This document shows, piece after piece, positions 19,118-29,017 of a stretch of 64,000 bases of DNA. The position numbers and the translations under genes were made by a program. Below the pieces are notes generated by a model. It was not told the DNA's origin. It saw only the letters and a list, made by a program, of their open reading frames with translations, and did no database searches. This stretch comes from Candidatus Latescibacterota bacterium (GTDB taxonomy: Bacteria; Latescibacterota; UBA2968; UBA8231). Position 1 is the first letter of the stretch. Every line of letters begins with the position of its first letter. Location of the stretch: NCBI GenBank assembly GCA_965215195.1, contig CBDCDC010000002.1, positions 1,216,001 through 1,280,000 on the forward strand, given 5' to 3'.

Positions 19118-21564
19118 TCCAAGGCTACGTAGAGGTGGCCCTACCGCCACCCGTAGCGCGCGAGTTGACCTATGGAGTACCTGCTGAACTCGCCGCTGAA
19201 GCGCGGCCGGGGGCCTTGGTGTTGGTGCCGGTGGTTCAGCGGCGGCTCACTGGCATCGTCTTGGGACCAGCTGCAATCGGCACCCTCCCCCCAAGCAAGA
19301 TTCGCCCCATCGAACAAATTCTCGACACCTCGCTCCTCACGCCCGAGGTCGTTGCGCTCTGCCGCTGGATGGCTTCCTACTACATAGCCCCCCTCGGCAG
19401 TGCGCTGATGGCCGCCCTGCCCCCAGGCGTCAAACTCAGCTCCAGCCGCCTCGTGCAATTGCGCGACGCGCCCGCTGGCCACCACACGGGCATGGAGGCG
19501 CGGATTCTCGGCGAGTTGCAGCGCAGCGGCCCCCTCAAGGTCAGCACCCTCAAGCGCCGCCTCGGCAGCGAGGGCTTGGAAAGGGGCGTGCGCGCTCTGC
19601 GCCGCAGCGGGCGCATTGAAATCGCGCCCGTGCTCGAAGACCGGCGGCCCCGCGCCCTGAGCCAACGCCGCTTTCTCCTGAGCGACGAAACGGCCGCGCA
19701 GGCCGCCATCGCCGCCATTGAAAAGCGCGCCCCGCGCCAAGCGGCCTGTCTGCGCTACTTGCTCGACCACCCCACGGCCGCGCACAGCGAACTGCGCGCG
19801 GCCGGTTTCTCCTCGGCCGTACTCAAGGCCCTCGCCGGCCGCGGCTTGATTGAGTCAACGGCCGAGGAAGTCGTCCGCGATCCCCTCGCCCACATCGCCA
19901 GCAATGCCCCCCCGGATTTCGTTCCTACCACCGACCAGCAGCAGGCTCTCGACGCCCTATCGACCGCGCTCGACGCCCGGACCTTCTATCCGGCCCTGCT
20001 GCACGGCGTCACCGGCGCGGGCAAGACCCTCGTGTACATCCAACTTGTGGCGCAGGCCTTGGCCGCGGGGCGCGGGGCAATCATCTTGGTTCCAGAAATC
20101 GCCCTCGCCTGGCAGATGGTGCGGCGCTTTAAGGAGCACTTCGGCGAGGCAGTCGCCGTCCTCCACAGCCAGCTCTCGGCCGGAGAGCGCTACGACACGT
20201 GGCGTCGCTTGCGCCGGCGCGAGCAGCGCGTGCTCATCGGCGCTCGCTCGGCCATCCTCGCACCAGTAGATGACTTGGGGCTGATTGTCGTGGACGAAGA
20301 GCACGACACCTCGTACAAGCAAGAAGACCTAGACAGCAGCCACCCCCTCACGTACAACGCCCGCGACCTCGCCTTAGTCCGCGGGCAGCACTGCAACGCC
20401 GCCGTCGTCCTTGGCTCGGCCACGCCCAGCCTAGAGTCGCACTGGAATGCCGTCACGGGCAAGTACCATCGCCACACCTTGCCCCGCCGCATCGACGACC
20501 GCCCCTTGCCGCAAGTGACGGTCGTCGATATGAAACAGGAGCCTTTCCAGCGGCAGCAGCGCGCCATCTTCTCGCACGCCTTGCGGCGCAAGATGCAGGA
20601 CCGCCTCGAGCGCGGCGAGAAAATCATCCTGTTGCAAAATCGCCGCGGCTTTGCGCCCTTCATTAGCTGCGCCGCCTGTGGCGAGCCGATCCAGTGCCCC
20701 AGTTGCCGCGTCTCCCTGACCTATCACCGGCACCCCACGGCCGCCGAGACCCGCTGTCACTACTGCGACTTCGCGGCCCCACCGCCGCGGGCCTGTCCGT
20801 CTTGCGACAGCCCGGAATTGCGCTTCGACGGGGTGGGCACCCAACGAGTCGAAAGCGCCCTCTTGGCCCAATTCCCCGGCATCCGCGTCATCCGCATGGA
20901 TGTAGATACCACCGCTTGGAAAGGTGCGCACGACGCGCTGGTGGAGCGCTTCCGCAGCGGCGAGGCCGACGTGCTGCTCGGCACCCAAATGATCGCCAAG
21001 GGCCTCGACCTGCCCGAGGTCACGCTAGTCGGCGTGATTTCCGCCGACACCGGCATGCACCTGCCCGACTTCCGCGCGGCCGAGCGGAGCTTCCAGCTTT
21101 TGACCCAAGTCGCCGGCCGCTCGGGTCGCGGCCACACGGCTGGCGAGGTCGTCATCCAGACGCTCCTGCCCAACGATCCAGCCCTGTGCGCGGCCGCCCG
21201 CCAAAACTACGCGGCCTTTGCCCGCAATGAGCTGGCCCAGCGGCGGCAGGCCGGGTTCCCCCCTTTTGGCCGCCTCGTGGTCTTTCGCTGGCGCGGCCCC
21301 TGCGAACAAGCCGTTGAAGCCGGGGCGCAACAGGGTGTCGCAGCCCTGCGGCAGGGCCTCAGCCCAGACGAACTCGTGCTCGGGCCGGCCCCAGCCCCGC
21401 TGGCGCGGCTGCGCGGTCACTACCGCTGGCAAGCTCTCTTGCGCGGCCCGTCGGCGCACCACTTGCGCGCAACGGCCCTCAGCGTACTGCCGGCCATGCG
21501 CGAGGCCGCCAAAAATCACGCCCTCCACTTTTCCATCAACATCGACCCTCTAACGATGATGTAG
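19114..21564 (+). CDS. priA: Primosomal protein N'
   Basis: LHGVTGAGKT, VDEEHD, GSATPS, QNRRGF, four CxxC zinc motifs, GTQMIAKG. Confidence 0.96.
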   Translation: MIQGYVEVALPPPVARELTYGVPAELAAEARPGALVLVPVVQRRLTGIVLGPAAIGTLPPSKIRPIEQILDTSLLTPEVVALCRWMASYYIAPLGSALMAALPPGVKLSSSRLVQLRDAPAGHHTGMEARILGELQRSGPLKVSTLKRRLGSEGLERGVRALRRSGRIEIAPVLEDRRPRALSQRRFLLSDETAAQAAIAAIEKRAPRQAACLRYLLDHPTAAHSELRAAGFSSAVLKALAGRGLIESTAEEVVRDPLAHIASNAPPDFVPTTDQQQALDALSTALDARTFYPALLHGVTGAGKTLVYIQLVAQALAAGRGAIILVPEIALAWQMVRRFKEHFGEAVAVLHSQLSAGERYDTWRRLRRREQRVLIGARSAILAPVDDLGLIVVDEEHDTSYKQEDLDSSHPLTYNARDLALVRGQHCNAAVVLGSATPSLESHWNAVTGKYHRHTLPRRIDDRPLPQVTVVDMKQEPFQRQQRAIFSHALRRKMQDRLERGEKIILLQNRRGFAPFISCAACGEPIQCPSCRVSLTYHRHPTAAETRCHYCDFAAPPPRACPSCDSPELRFDGVGTQRVESALLAQFPGIRVIRMDVDTTAWKGAHDALVERFRSGEADVLLGTQMIAKGLDLPEVTLVGVISADTGMHLPDFRAAERSFQLLTQVAGRSGRGHTAGEVVIQTLLPNDPALCAAARQNYAAFARNELAQRRQAGFPPFGRLVVFRWRGPCEQAVEAGAQQGVAALRQGLSPDELVLGPAPAPLARLRGHYRWQALLRGPSAHHLRATALSVLPAMREAAKNHALHFSINIDPLTMM

Positions 21565-21572
21565 GCTGTCCC

Positions 21573-23765
21573 ATGCTCTTGCTCCGCCTCGCTCCACTGC
21601 TGCTCTTGGCCCTGCCCACCCGCGCCGAATGGGAAGCCTATACCAGTATGCGCCAAATCAACCGGGTCCTCGTCCACCAAGACGCGGTCTGGGCCGGCAC
21701 CAGCGGTGGCGTCCTGCGCTACGACCAGCGGACTCAATCCTATGCGCGCTTCACCCGCCGCGACGGCCTGCCGGGCAACCTCATCTTGAGCCTATCCGTA
21801 GATGCCAACGGCCACCTGTGGTTTGGTACGCACTCTCGGGGCTTGAGCCGCTATCGGCCCGCGCAAAACCGCTTTGACCCGCCCTTTCTCGATTTCCTCG
21901 ACCTGCGCATCAACGCCCTTGAGCCGCGTGGGGACATCCTCTACGTTGGCAGCGAGCGCGGCGTCAGCGCGTTTGTCATCAGCAAGGAAGAGGTCAAGGA
22001 AACCTATCGCCGCTTGGGGGCTCTGCCCAAAGACACCGAGGTGACCAGCATTGAGGTGTTTGCTGGACGCCTGTGGGCCGGGACTGTCAATGGCCTAGTG
22101 TGGGCGGATTTGCACCAACCCAATCTCCAAGACCCCAGCAGTTGGGAAGCCGAGCCAATAGGGGGCGCGGTGCGCGACATGCTCGTCTATCAAGACACCC
22201 TCTTCGTCTCGGCCACGGACGGCCTCTGGCGAGTACATCCCGCGCTGGACCGCCCCGCACTCGATTACTCCACGACCAGCAGCGTTGCCCTCGGCCTCTT
22301 TGAGGGGCGCATCGTCAGCGCGACGGCCGACGGCAGCTTGTTCCAGCGCGAGGGCACCGACCGTTGGCAGCCGCTCAGCGCAAGAGGCATCAGCAACGCC
22401 GCGGACCTGTCCGATACCGACGGCCCCCTGTGGGTGGCCAGCTCGAGCGGCCTGCGCGTCCTCGGCACCGACCCACCGCCGCCGCCCCGCGAGCCTGTAG
22501 GCAACTTCTTCTTCGACATGACCCAGACCGCCGATGGCCACCTGTGGGTCGCCTCGGTGGCCAAGGACAATCTGCCCGCCTTTGGCCTGTACGAGTTCGA
22601 TGGCGCGGGCTGGACCACCCACACCACGAGGACCGATCTGTCGTCCGATATCGTCTCGGCCCTGGCAACCGACGCCGAGGGCCTGCTGTGGGTTGGCACT
22701 TGGGGCCGGGGCATTGACGTGCGCGACGCCAACGGCCAGTGGCAAAATCTCAACGCCAACAACTCGGCCCTCGAAGGCATTGACGGCAATACTTTTGTCG
22801 CCATCAGCGACATCGACCGCGATGCCAACGGCTTGCTGTGGATCGCCAACATCCGCAATGGGTTAGTCGTCATGGATGGGTGGCGGCCCCAACAGGCCGC
22901 GCTCAACAGCCAGTTGGACTTCGGCCTGTCCCCGGGCCGAGACATGAGCAAAATCGCCATTGGTCCCGACGGCCTGAAGTGGATCGGGACCGCGCTCGAC
23001 GGCTTCTTTCTCTTAGACGATGGCGGCACCCCTTTTGAGACCGGCGATGAGATCGGCTTGGTCTTCGACACGGCCGCGTATCCAGACCTGACCAGCAACG
23101 CCGTCATCGACATCCACGTCGATCGCTCGGGGCAGGTGTGGGTCGCCACGAACAACGGCCTCAATGCAGTGCGCGGCGAGTATGCGCGCACCAGCGCGCA
23201 TTTTGCCGTTGCAAGCTGGAAGGTGTACAACGCCGACAGCGGCCTGCCGGCCACCGCGACCACGGCGCTGGCCGAAGACGACTGGGGGCGCATTTGGGTC
23301 GGCACTGAAGGTGGCTTGGCCCGCATCGACACCGAGGGCCAAGTTGAGTTCGCACTCGACACCAGCGACGGCCTCGTCAACAACCGCGTCAACTCCCTGC
23401 ACTTCGACCAAGAAAACGGCGCGCTGTGGGTTGGCACACTCGCCGGGATGAGCCGCCTGCAACTCGGCGGCTCGGGAATAGCCGCTGGGCCGCAGGCGTA
23501 CGCGTATCCCAACCCCTTCCACACCGGCGTACGCGGTGCCGCCCTGACCTTTGCCGACCTGCCGCTGGGGGCCGGTGTGCGCATTTTCACCGCGGCCGGC
23601 GAACTCGTCCGCCAGCTCGATGGCGCGGCCGGCCAAGGTGCAGTCACTTGGAACGGCCAGAGCGCGGCCGGCTTTCTCGTGGGGTCGGGTATTTACTACT
23701 TTGTCGCGCAGGCAGAAACTGGCGATGCAGTGCGCGGCAAATTCGCCGTGATCAACGGCCGCTGA
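21573..23765 (+). CDS. Secreted beta-propeller protein (two-component regulator propeller/PorZ-like) with C-terminal FlgD-Ig/sorting-type domain
   Basis: Signal peptide, repeated DxxGxLWxGT blades, C-terminal AYPNPF..IFTAAGELVR..WNG..SGIYYF..KFAVI. Confidence 0.75.
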   Translation: MLLLRLAPLLLLALPTRAEWEAYTSMRQINRVLVHQDAVWAGTSGGVLRYDQRTQSYARFTRRDGLPGNLILSLSVDANGHLWFGTHSRGLSRYRPAQNRFDPPFLDFLDLRINALEPRGDILYVGSERGVSAFVISKEEVKETYRRLGALPKDTEVTSIEVFAGRLWAGTVNGLVWADLHQPNLQDPSSWEAEPIGGAVRDMLVYQDTLFVSATDGLWRVHPALDRPALDYSTTSSVALGLFEGRIVSATADGSLFQREGTDRWQPLSARGISNAADLSDTDGPLWVASSSGLRVLGTDPPPPPREPVGNFFFDMTQTADGHLWVASVAKDNLPAFGLYEFDGAGWTTHTTRTDLSSDIVSALATDAEGLLWVGTWGRGIDVRDANGQWQNLNANNSALEGIDGNTFVAISDIDRDANGLLWIANIRNGLVVMDGWRPQQAALNSQLDFGLSPGRDMSKIAIGPDGLKWIGTALDGFFLLDDGGTPFETGDEIGLVFDTAAYPDLTSNAVIDIHVDRSGQVWVATNNGLNAVRGEYARTSAHFAVASWKVYNADSGLPATATTALAEDDWGRIWVGTEGGLARIDTEGQVEFALDTSDGLVNNRVNSLHFDQENGALWVGTLAGMSRLQLGGSGIAAGPQAYAYPNPFHTGVRGAALTFADLPLGAGVRIFTAAGELVRQLDGAAGQGAVTWNGQSAAGFLVGSGIYYFVAQAETGDAVRGKFAVINGR

Positions 23766-24418
23766 TGCGCGGCCTCGCCCTCTTCGCCGCGCTCGCGCTC
23801 CTCCCTGTACATAGCCCGGCCCAGCCCCTATTTACCATTGCGCGGCTACAATACGGCGGCGGCGGCGACTGGTACAGCGACCCCTCTTCCCTGCCCAACC
23901 TGCTCCGCTTCTTGAGGGAACACACCCAAATCGACGCAGCCGCAGCCGAGGTGCGGGTGCAAATCATGGACGAGGAGTTGTTTTCCCATCCGTACATCTA
24001 CATGACCGGGCACGGCAATGTGGCTTTTTCCGCAGCCGAGGCGGCGCGGCTGAGGCACTACTTGGAAAGCGGCGGCTTTCTCCACGCCGACGACAACTAC
24101 GGCATGGACGAGAGCTTCCGCCGCGCCATGCGCCAAGTATTCCCCCATGCCGAGTGGGTGGAGCTGCCACCCGAGCATCCCCTGTTCCACTGCCACTTCG
24201 AGTTGCCAGCGGGCCTGCCCAAGGTCCACGAACACGACGGCAAAAGGCCGCAAGCCCTCGCGCTTTTCACCGGCGAGCGCCTAGCCGTGCTGTACACGTA
24301 TGAGGCGGACCTAGGCGATGGCTGGGAAGACCCCGACGTCCACAGCGACCCAGAGGGCAAGCGACTCGACGCCCTCAAAATGGGTGCCAATATCGCGGTC
24401 TGGGCACTGAGCCGCTAG
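23765..24418 (+). CDS. DUF4159-like protein
   Basis: IARLQYGGGGDWY, YMTGHG, YLESGGFLHADDNYG, DLGDGWED. Confidence 0.8.
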   Translation: MRGLALFAALALLPVHSPAQPLFTIARLQYGGGGDWYSDPSSLPNLLRFLREHTQIDAAAAEVRVQIMDEELFSHPYIYMTGHGNVAFSAAEAARLRHYLESGGFLHADDNYGMDESFRRAMRQVFPHAEWVELPPEHPLFHCHFELPAGLPKVHEHDGKRPQALALFTGERLAVLYTYEADLGDGWEDPDVHSDPEGKRLDALKMGANIAVWALSR

Positions 24419-24455
24419 TGCCTCGGTCTGAGCCTGCACCAAATCCGCTGCGCAC

Positions 24456-24649
24456 TGCGACATTTCTGACGCACTTTCCCTAACCTATTGTAAAAACGTG
24501 AAATAGAAGTTTAATCGGGGTATAGGTGCGTCGAAAGGGGGCACTCCAAGCGCGATCCAGCGTTTTGTGCGAAGTGGGCCAATTTCTTTTAACTCTTTGT
24601 TTAACAATCAGTTATGGCTTTATAGCTCCGCCTTGGCACGGAATCTGCT
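24456..24649 (+). promoter_or_regulatory. sigma54 promoter module 1 (two enhancer palindromes, IHF-like site, -24/-12)
   Basis: TGCGAC-N6-GACGCA at 24456, TGCGTCGAAAGGGGGCA at 24527, TGGCACGGAATCTGCT at 24634-24649 (GG-N10-GC). Confidence 0.85.
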
Positions 24650-24696
24650 ATAAGTAAAGTAAGCCGCTGTTGGCCGACCAAGGAGGTACTACCGCC

Positions 24697-25863
24697 ATGA
24701 AAGACAAAGTGCTCTATTCGATCATAGCTCTGCTGACGATTGCGCTCGCCAGTCAGAGCGAGACCGTAATCGGCTTTTTTAAGGCCGACTACGTAGAGGC
24801 TAAGGACCGCTCCCAGACCGAAGCGGCAGCGGATACCCGCAAACCCGTAGCCGTCATGCAGGTGAATGAGGGGCCGCTGGTTCGCCAAGTCGTCTCGTAC
24901 GGGTACGTCAGCACCGCGAGGACGGCTGAAATTACGGCCCAAGTCTCCGCTAGGATCCATCGGCTGCTCATACAGGAAGGCGACTGGATAGAACAAGGCG
25001 CTACCGCAGTAGAGTTAGAGGACGACTTGCTCAGAATAGCCCAGCGACAGGCGCAAGAGGAACTGGACAAAGCACTCGCCCAATACGCCAACATCGCCTT
25101 CTTCACCAGCGACCGCGGCAACAGAGATCAAGTGCTCAACCGGCTGGGCGTTGATTCGACCAATGCCAACGACGTCGAAGCATTCAGACTCATTTTTAAG
25201 AAGTCGAGAAAGGAACTGGCCGCGGACCAGATCGGGCTTGACGAGGCGAGGCTAAAACTCAAAAGGGCGCAGCTCGAACTCGCGCACGCGGTCCTAGAGG
25301 CCCCGTTCGCCGGATACGTGTCGGAAGTAGTGGTGGACCGAAGCGACTTCGTCGACAAGGGCGATGTTGTCGCGCGGATCGTGTCGCTGGATCGGCTCCG
25401 CCTCGAAATGGATGTATTGGAGACCGAGATCCGGCATATACGGCTAGGCGCGAGGGCCGAGATAGAGTTGGCCGCGCTGCCCGGGAAAGCAGTGAGCGGG
25501 CGCGTCGCATCGGTGAATCCAACTATAGATGCGGAACGCAGAACGTGCAGAGTCCTAATCGAGATTGAGAACCCGGACCGGGCCGTGCGGCCCGGCATGT
25601 TCGCCGCTGTGCGCGTCGAGGCCGCCCGCTACAAAGATAGGCTGCTGGTGCCGCGCGAAGCCCTGCTCACCCGCGACGACCGGAAGGTGGTATTCGTGTA
25701 CGAGGGCGGGCGAGCGAAATGGCGCTACGTCGAAACCGGCGAGGAGACCGACGAGATGGTAGAAGTGCGGGAGGGCCTAGCCGCTAGGGATACCCTGATT
25801 ACGGCCGGGCACTTCAACTTGACCCACAACGCCCAAGTCATCGTCGTCAACGAGGAACTCTAA
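24697..25863 (+). CDS. RND efflux periplasmic adaptor (MFP)
   Basis: AAGGAGG RBS; N-terminal TM, lipoyl half motifs (EGDWIEQG; LEAPFAG), RPGMFA, VPREAL. Confidence 0.92.
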   Translation: MKDKVLYSIIALLTIALASQSETVIGFFKADYVEAKDRSQTEAAADTRKPVAVMQVNEGPLVRQVVSYGYVSTARTAEITAQVSARIHRLLIQEGDWIEQGATAVELEDDLLRIAQRQAQEELDKALAQYANIAFFTSDRGNRDQVLNRLGVDSTNANDVEAFRLIFKKSRKELAADQIGLDEARLKLKRAQLELAHAVLEAPFAGYVSEVVVDRSDFVDKGDVVARIVSLDRLRLEMDVLETEIRHIRLGARAEIELAALPGKAVSGRVASVNPTIDAERRTCRVLIEIENPDRAVRPGMFAAVRVEAARYKDRLLVPREALLTRDDRKVVFVYEGGRAKWRYVETGEETDEMVEVREGLAARDTLITAGHFNLTHNAQVIVVNEEL

Positions 25864-28800
25864 TGGCTGCCAATCTCACCGCCTCGTGTGTGCGGCGTCC
25901 GGTGACGACGGTTGTTGTCTATGCCGCCGCCGTCCTTTTGGGACTCTACTCCTTTTATCAGATGGGGGTGGATTTCCTGCCGGACGTCGAAGTCCAGAAA
26001 CTGGCGGTAAAGACCGAGTGTCCGGGCGTGGCTGCCATCGACATTGAGGAGGAGGTCGCGCAAACCATAGAGGCCGCGCTGAGCGGCCTGTACAACATTA
26101 GGAATATGCGCTCGATATCGCGGGACGATCTGTCGATGATCTACTTGGAGTTCAGTTGGGACGCCAATATGGACCTGACCTTCATCAAGGTCCGCAACAA
26201 GCTCGACAGAATCCAACAACTGCTGCCCGATTTCGCCGCAAGGCCGACGATCCTGCGCTTTGATCCGTCGTCGTCGCCGTTTATGATGCTCGCCGTCTCC
26301 GGGGACCGCATAGAGCGCCCGGTTTCGGATGAGGATTACCGGGCGGCCTTGGTCGAACTCAAGAACGTGGCCGAAGCCGTAGTAAAACCTCGGCTGGAAC
26401 AAATACGAGGGGTGGCACAAGCCCTCGTCGCCGGCGGGTTGGAAAGGGAAGTTGAGGTCGAGATAGACCGCCGCAAATGCCTCGCCTATGGCGTGGGGTT
26501 CGCCGATGTCGAGGCGGCCTTGACGCGGTTTAGCGCCAATTCTGCGGGCGGGACCATCCGCGAAGGCCACTTGGTTTACCCGCTGAGGATAGACGGCCGC
26601 TACCGGGAGCTTGAGGACATAAGAAAAGTGCCGGTCAAGCGCGTTGATAACGCGACGGTTTTCCTCGAGGACATTGCCACTGCCCAGTACGGATTCAAGG
26701 AGCCGACCGGCTACAACCGGCTCAACGGCAAGGATACGATCACCCTGTATCTGTACAAGAAGTCCGGGGATAATACGGTAGAGACCGCGCAAAAAGTAGA
26801 AGCGGCGCTGGCGGCGCTGGCACTTGAATTTCCCGATTTCAGGGTGATTCCGGTTTTCGACCAAGCCAAATTCATCCAAGAAGCCGTGGACAACGTCCTC
26901 TCTTCCCTGTACTGGGGCGGTTTTTTCGCGGTGCTGGTCCTATTTCTGTTCATCCGCGACTGGAAAAGCCCGCTGGTCGTGGGGCTGGCGGTGCCCGTGT
27001 CCATTGTCATCACCTTTGCGGTGATGTACAGCATTGGCATCCATTTCAACGTGGTTTCCCTCGGCGGGCTGGCCTTGGGCATTGGCATCTTGGTCGACAA
27101 TTCCATAATCGTCCTCGACAATGTGAAGCGGCTCCGGGACCAGGGGTGTTCGCTGGTGGAAGCGGCCATTGAGGGCACGCGGGAGGTCAGTCTGCCGATT
27201 GCCGCCTCGACGTTCACTACGGTGTCCGTCTTCTTTCCTCTGGTGTACATCGAAGGGCTGGCTGGTGCCCTGTACTTCGACCAAGCCATCACGGTCGTCG
27301 CGTCCCTGACCCTATCCCTGTTGGTGTCGATCACCTTGGTCTCCATGCTGCTGTCGCGCGGCCGGGCAACGGGCCAGCGGTCGCGCCGGCGGGTGCTCAC
27401 TAGATTCGGCGACTGGGCCGATGCGCTGGGCGCGGGCGCGATTCGGCGCTATGAAAGGCTGCTGGCGGTCTGCCTGCAAAACAAGGCGGTGACGCTAGTC
27501 GCAATTGCGGCCGCGGCTGGGCTGGGTTTGTCCCTGCTGTCGGCGGTCGAGCGGGAGTTAATGCCCGCGGTGGACCGCAAGCAGCTAGTGCTCGAAGTGG
27601 AATTCCCAGAGTCGTCCCTGCTGCGGCGGACCTTGGCCGAGGTCGCCGAGATTGAACAGCTCTTAGGGGCGGACCCAGCGATCCAAACGGTCTATTCGTC
27701 CGTGGGGACAACGGATAGCGCTTTTGATCCGTCGCACCGCCCGGGGGCCAACAAGGCCGTGATAGAAGTGAAAATTGCCCAAGGGGCCCACACCGACGCT
27801 GTCGCGGCGAGACTAAAAGCCTTGGGCCGCACGGCCGCTGGGTACGAGCTGAGCGTGCGGCCGCCGCCGTCCTTTCTCGAGCATTTCTTCCCGCAAAAGA
27901 CCAGCGATTTCGACGTGCGCCTCAACGGCGAGGACTGGGGGGAACTAGCCGCGGTGAGCAAGGCCATTGCGGCGCTGATGGAGGATATGCCGCGTTTTGC
28001 CCACGTCCATTCGAGCCTCGTTGAGGGGGCCGGTGGATACGAAGTAGCGATTGACCACGGCCAAGCCGCCCTGTACGGCATTGACGCGACAAAACTTGCC
28101 GCCTTTCTCCGCAGCGAGGTGCAGGGCAGCAAGCCGACCCAGTTGGCCGACTATTCCCGCGAGGTAGATGTCAGATTGGTTGTGGGCCGGGACGGGGCCC
28201 CCGGGACGGAAGCACTAAAGCGGTTGAGCTATCCCATCCGCCGGCAGGAACAGACCGTGTACGTGCCGGTGGATCAGCTGGTTTCCATTGCGCCCTATAC
28301 GGGCTATGCCGCGCTACAGCGGAAAAACCAGAGCCGCACCGTGGAAGTTGGTGCCGAACTCGTGCAAGGGGATGCGTCCGAGGCCCAGCGGCAATTGGAG
28401 GCCGCCGCGAGCGGCATAGAAAAGCCCCAAAGCGTTTGGCTGGAGATTGGGGCCGTTGACGAGGAAATGCAGGAGATGCTGGCCGACTTGTCGCTGACTT
28501 TGGTGATTTCCTTTTGCTTGGTATTTGCCATACTCGCCGCCAAGTTTGAATCGCTCAAAATTCCGTTCGTGGTCATTGCGGTCGTGCCGCTGGCACTCGT
28601 CTGCGTGGTCGCGACTCTCTATGCGACGGGTCAGACGCTCAATTTTATGTCGGCGATGGGGGCCGTGGTGCTCGTCGGCATTGTGGTCAACGATTCTATC
28701 GTCAAGGTGGATTTTATCCGCAACCGCCACCTAGCCGGGGCCGACCTGCATACCGCCATAGCCGAAGCGGGCCGCAAGCGGCTGCGCCCCATAGCCATGA

Positions 28801-29009
28801 CCACGGTGACGACCGTGCTAGGCCTGCTGCCGATGGCACTTTCTACAGGTCAGGGCGCGGAATTGCACCAGCCAATGGCTTGGGTCATCATCGGCGGGCT
28901 GACGCTGTCGACCGGGCTGACGCTGATCGTGGTCCCGGTCGTGTACTCATTGGTGTGCGGTCGTCAATCCGCAGATGGACAGCAGGGCGCAGAGGCAAAA
29001 CTAGGCTAG
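25863..29009 (+). CDS. RND efflux permease (AcrB family) 1
   Basis: 1048 aa; RRPVT, GILVDNSIIV, GIVVNDSIV, RLRPIAMTT. Confidence 0.95.
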   Translation: MAANLTASCVRRPVTTVVVYAAAVLLGLYSFYQMGVDFLPDVEVQKLAVKTECPGVAAIDIEEEVAQTIEAALSGLYNIRNMRSISRDDLSMIYLEFSWDANMDLTFIKVRNKLDRIQQLLPDFAARPTILRFDPSSSPFMMLAVSGDRIERPVSDEDYRAALVELKNVAEAVVKPRLEQIRGVAQALVAGGLEREVEVEIDRRKCLAYGVGFADVEAALTRFSANSAGGTIREGHLVYPLRIDGRYRELEDIRKVPVKRVDNATVFLEDIATAQYGFKEPTGYNRLNGKDTITLYLYKKSGDNTVETAQKVEAALAALALEFPDFRVIPVFDQAKFIQEAVDNVLSSLYWGGFFAVLVLFLFIRDWKSPLVVGLAVPVSIVITFAVMYSIGIHFNVVSLGGLALGIGILVDNSIIVLDNVKRLRDQGCSLVEAAIEGTREVSLPIAASTFTTVSVFFPLVYIEGLAGALYFDQAITVVASLTLSLLVSITLVSMLLSRGRATGQRSRRRVLTRFGDWADALGAGAIRRYERLLAVCLQNKAVTLVAIAAAAGLGLSLLSAVERELMPAVDRKQLVLEVEFPESSLLRRTLAEVAEIEQLLGADPAIQTVYSSVGTTDSAFDPSHRPGANKAVIEVKIAQGAHTDAVAARLKALGRTAAGYELSVRPPPSFLEHFFPQKTSDFDVRLNGEDWGELAAVSKAIAALMEDMPRFAHVHSSLVEGAGGYEVAIDHGQAALYGIDATKLAAFLRSEVQGSKPTQLADYSREVDVRLVVGRDGAPGTEALKRLSYPIRRQEQTVYVPVDQLVSIAPYTGYAALQRKNQSRTVEVGAELVQGDASEAQRQLEAAASGIEKPQSVWLEIGAVDEEMQEMLADLSLTLVISFCLVFAILAAKFESLKIPFVVIAVVPLALVCVVATLYATGQTLNFMSAMGAVVLVGIVVNDSIVKVDFIRNRHLAGADLHTAIAEAGRKRLRPIAMTTVTTVLGLLPMALSTGQGAELHQPMAWVIIGGLTLSTGLTLIVVPVVYSLVCGRQSADGQQGAEAKLG

Positions 29010-29017
29010 GGCAACCC

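Noticed and set aside
22265-23647. Long antisense ORFs (460 aa here; also 7612-8304, 8440-9150, 62941-63771)
   Set aside because: Shadow frames of GC-rich genes with clear + strand products
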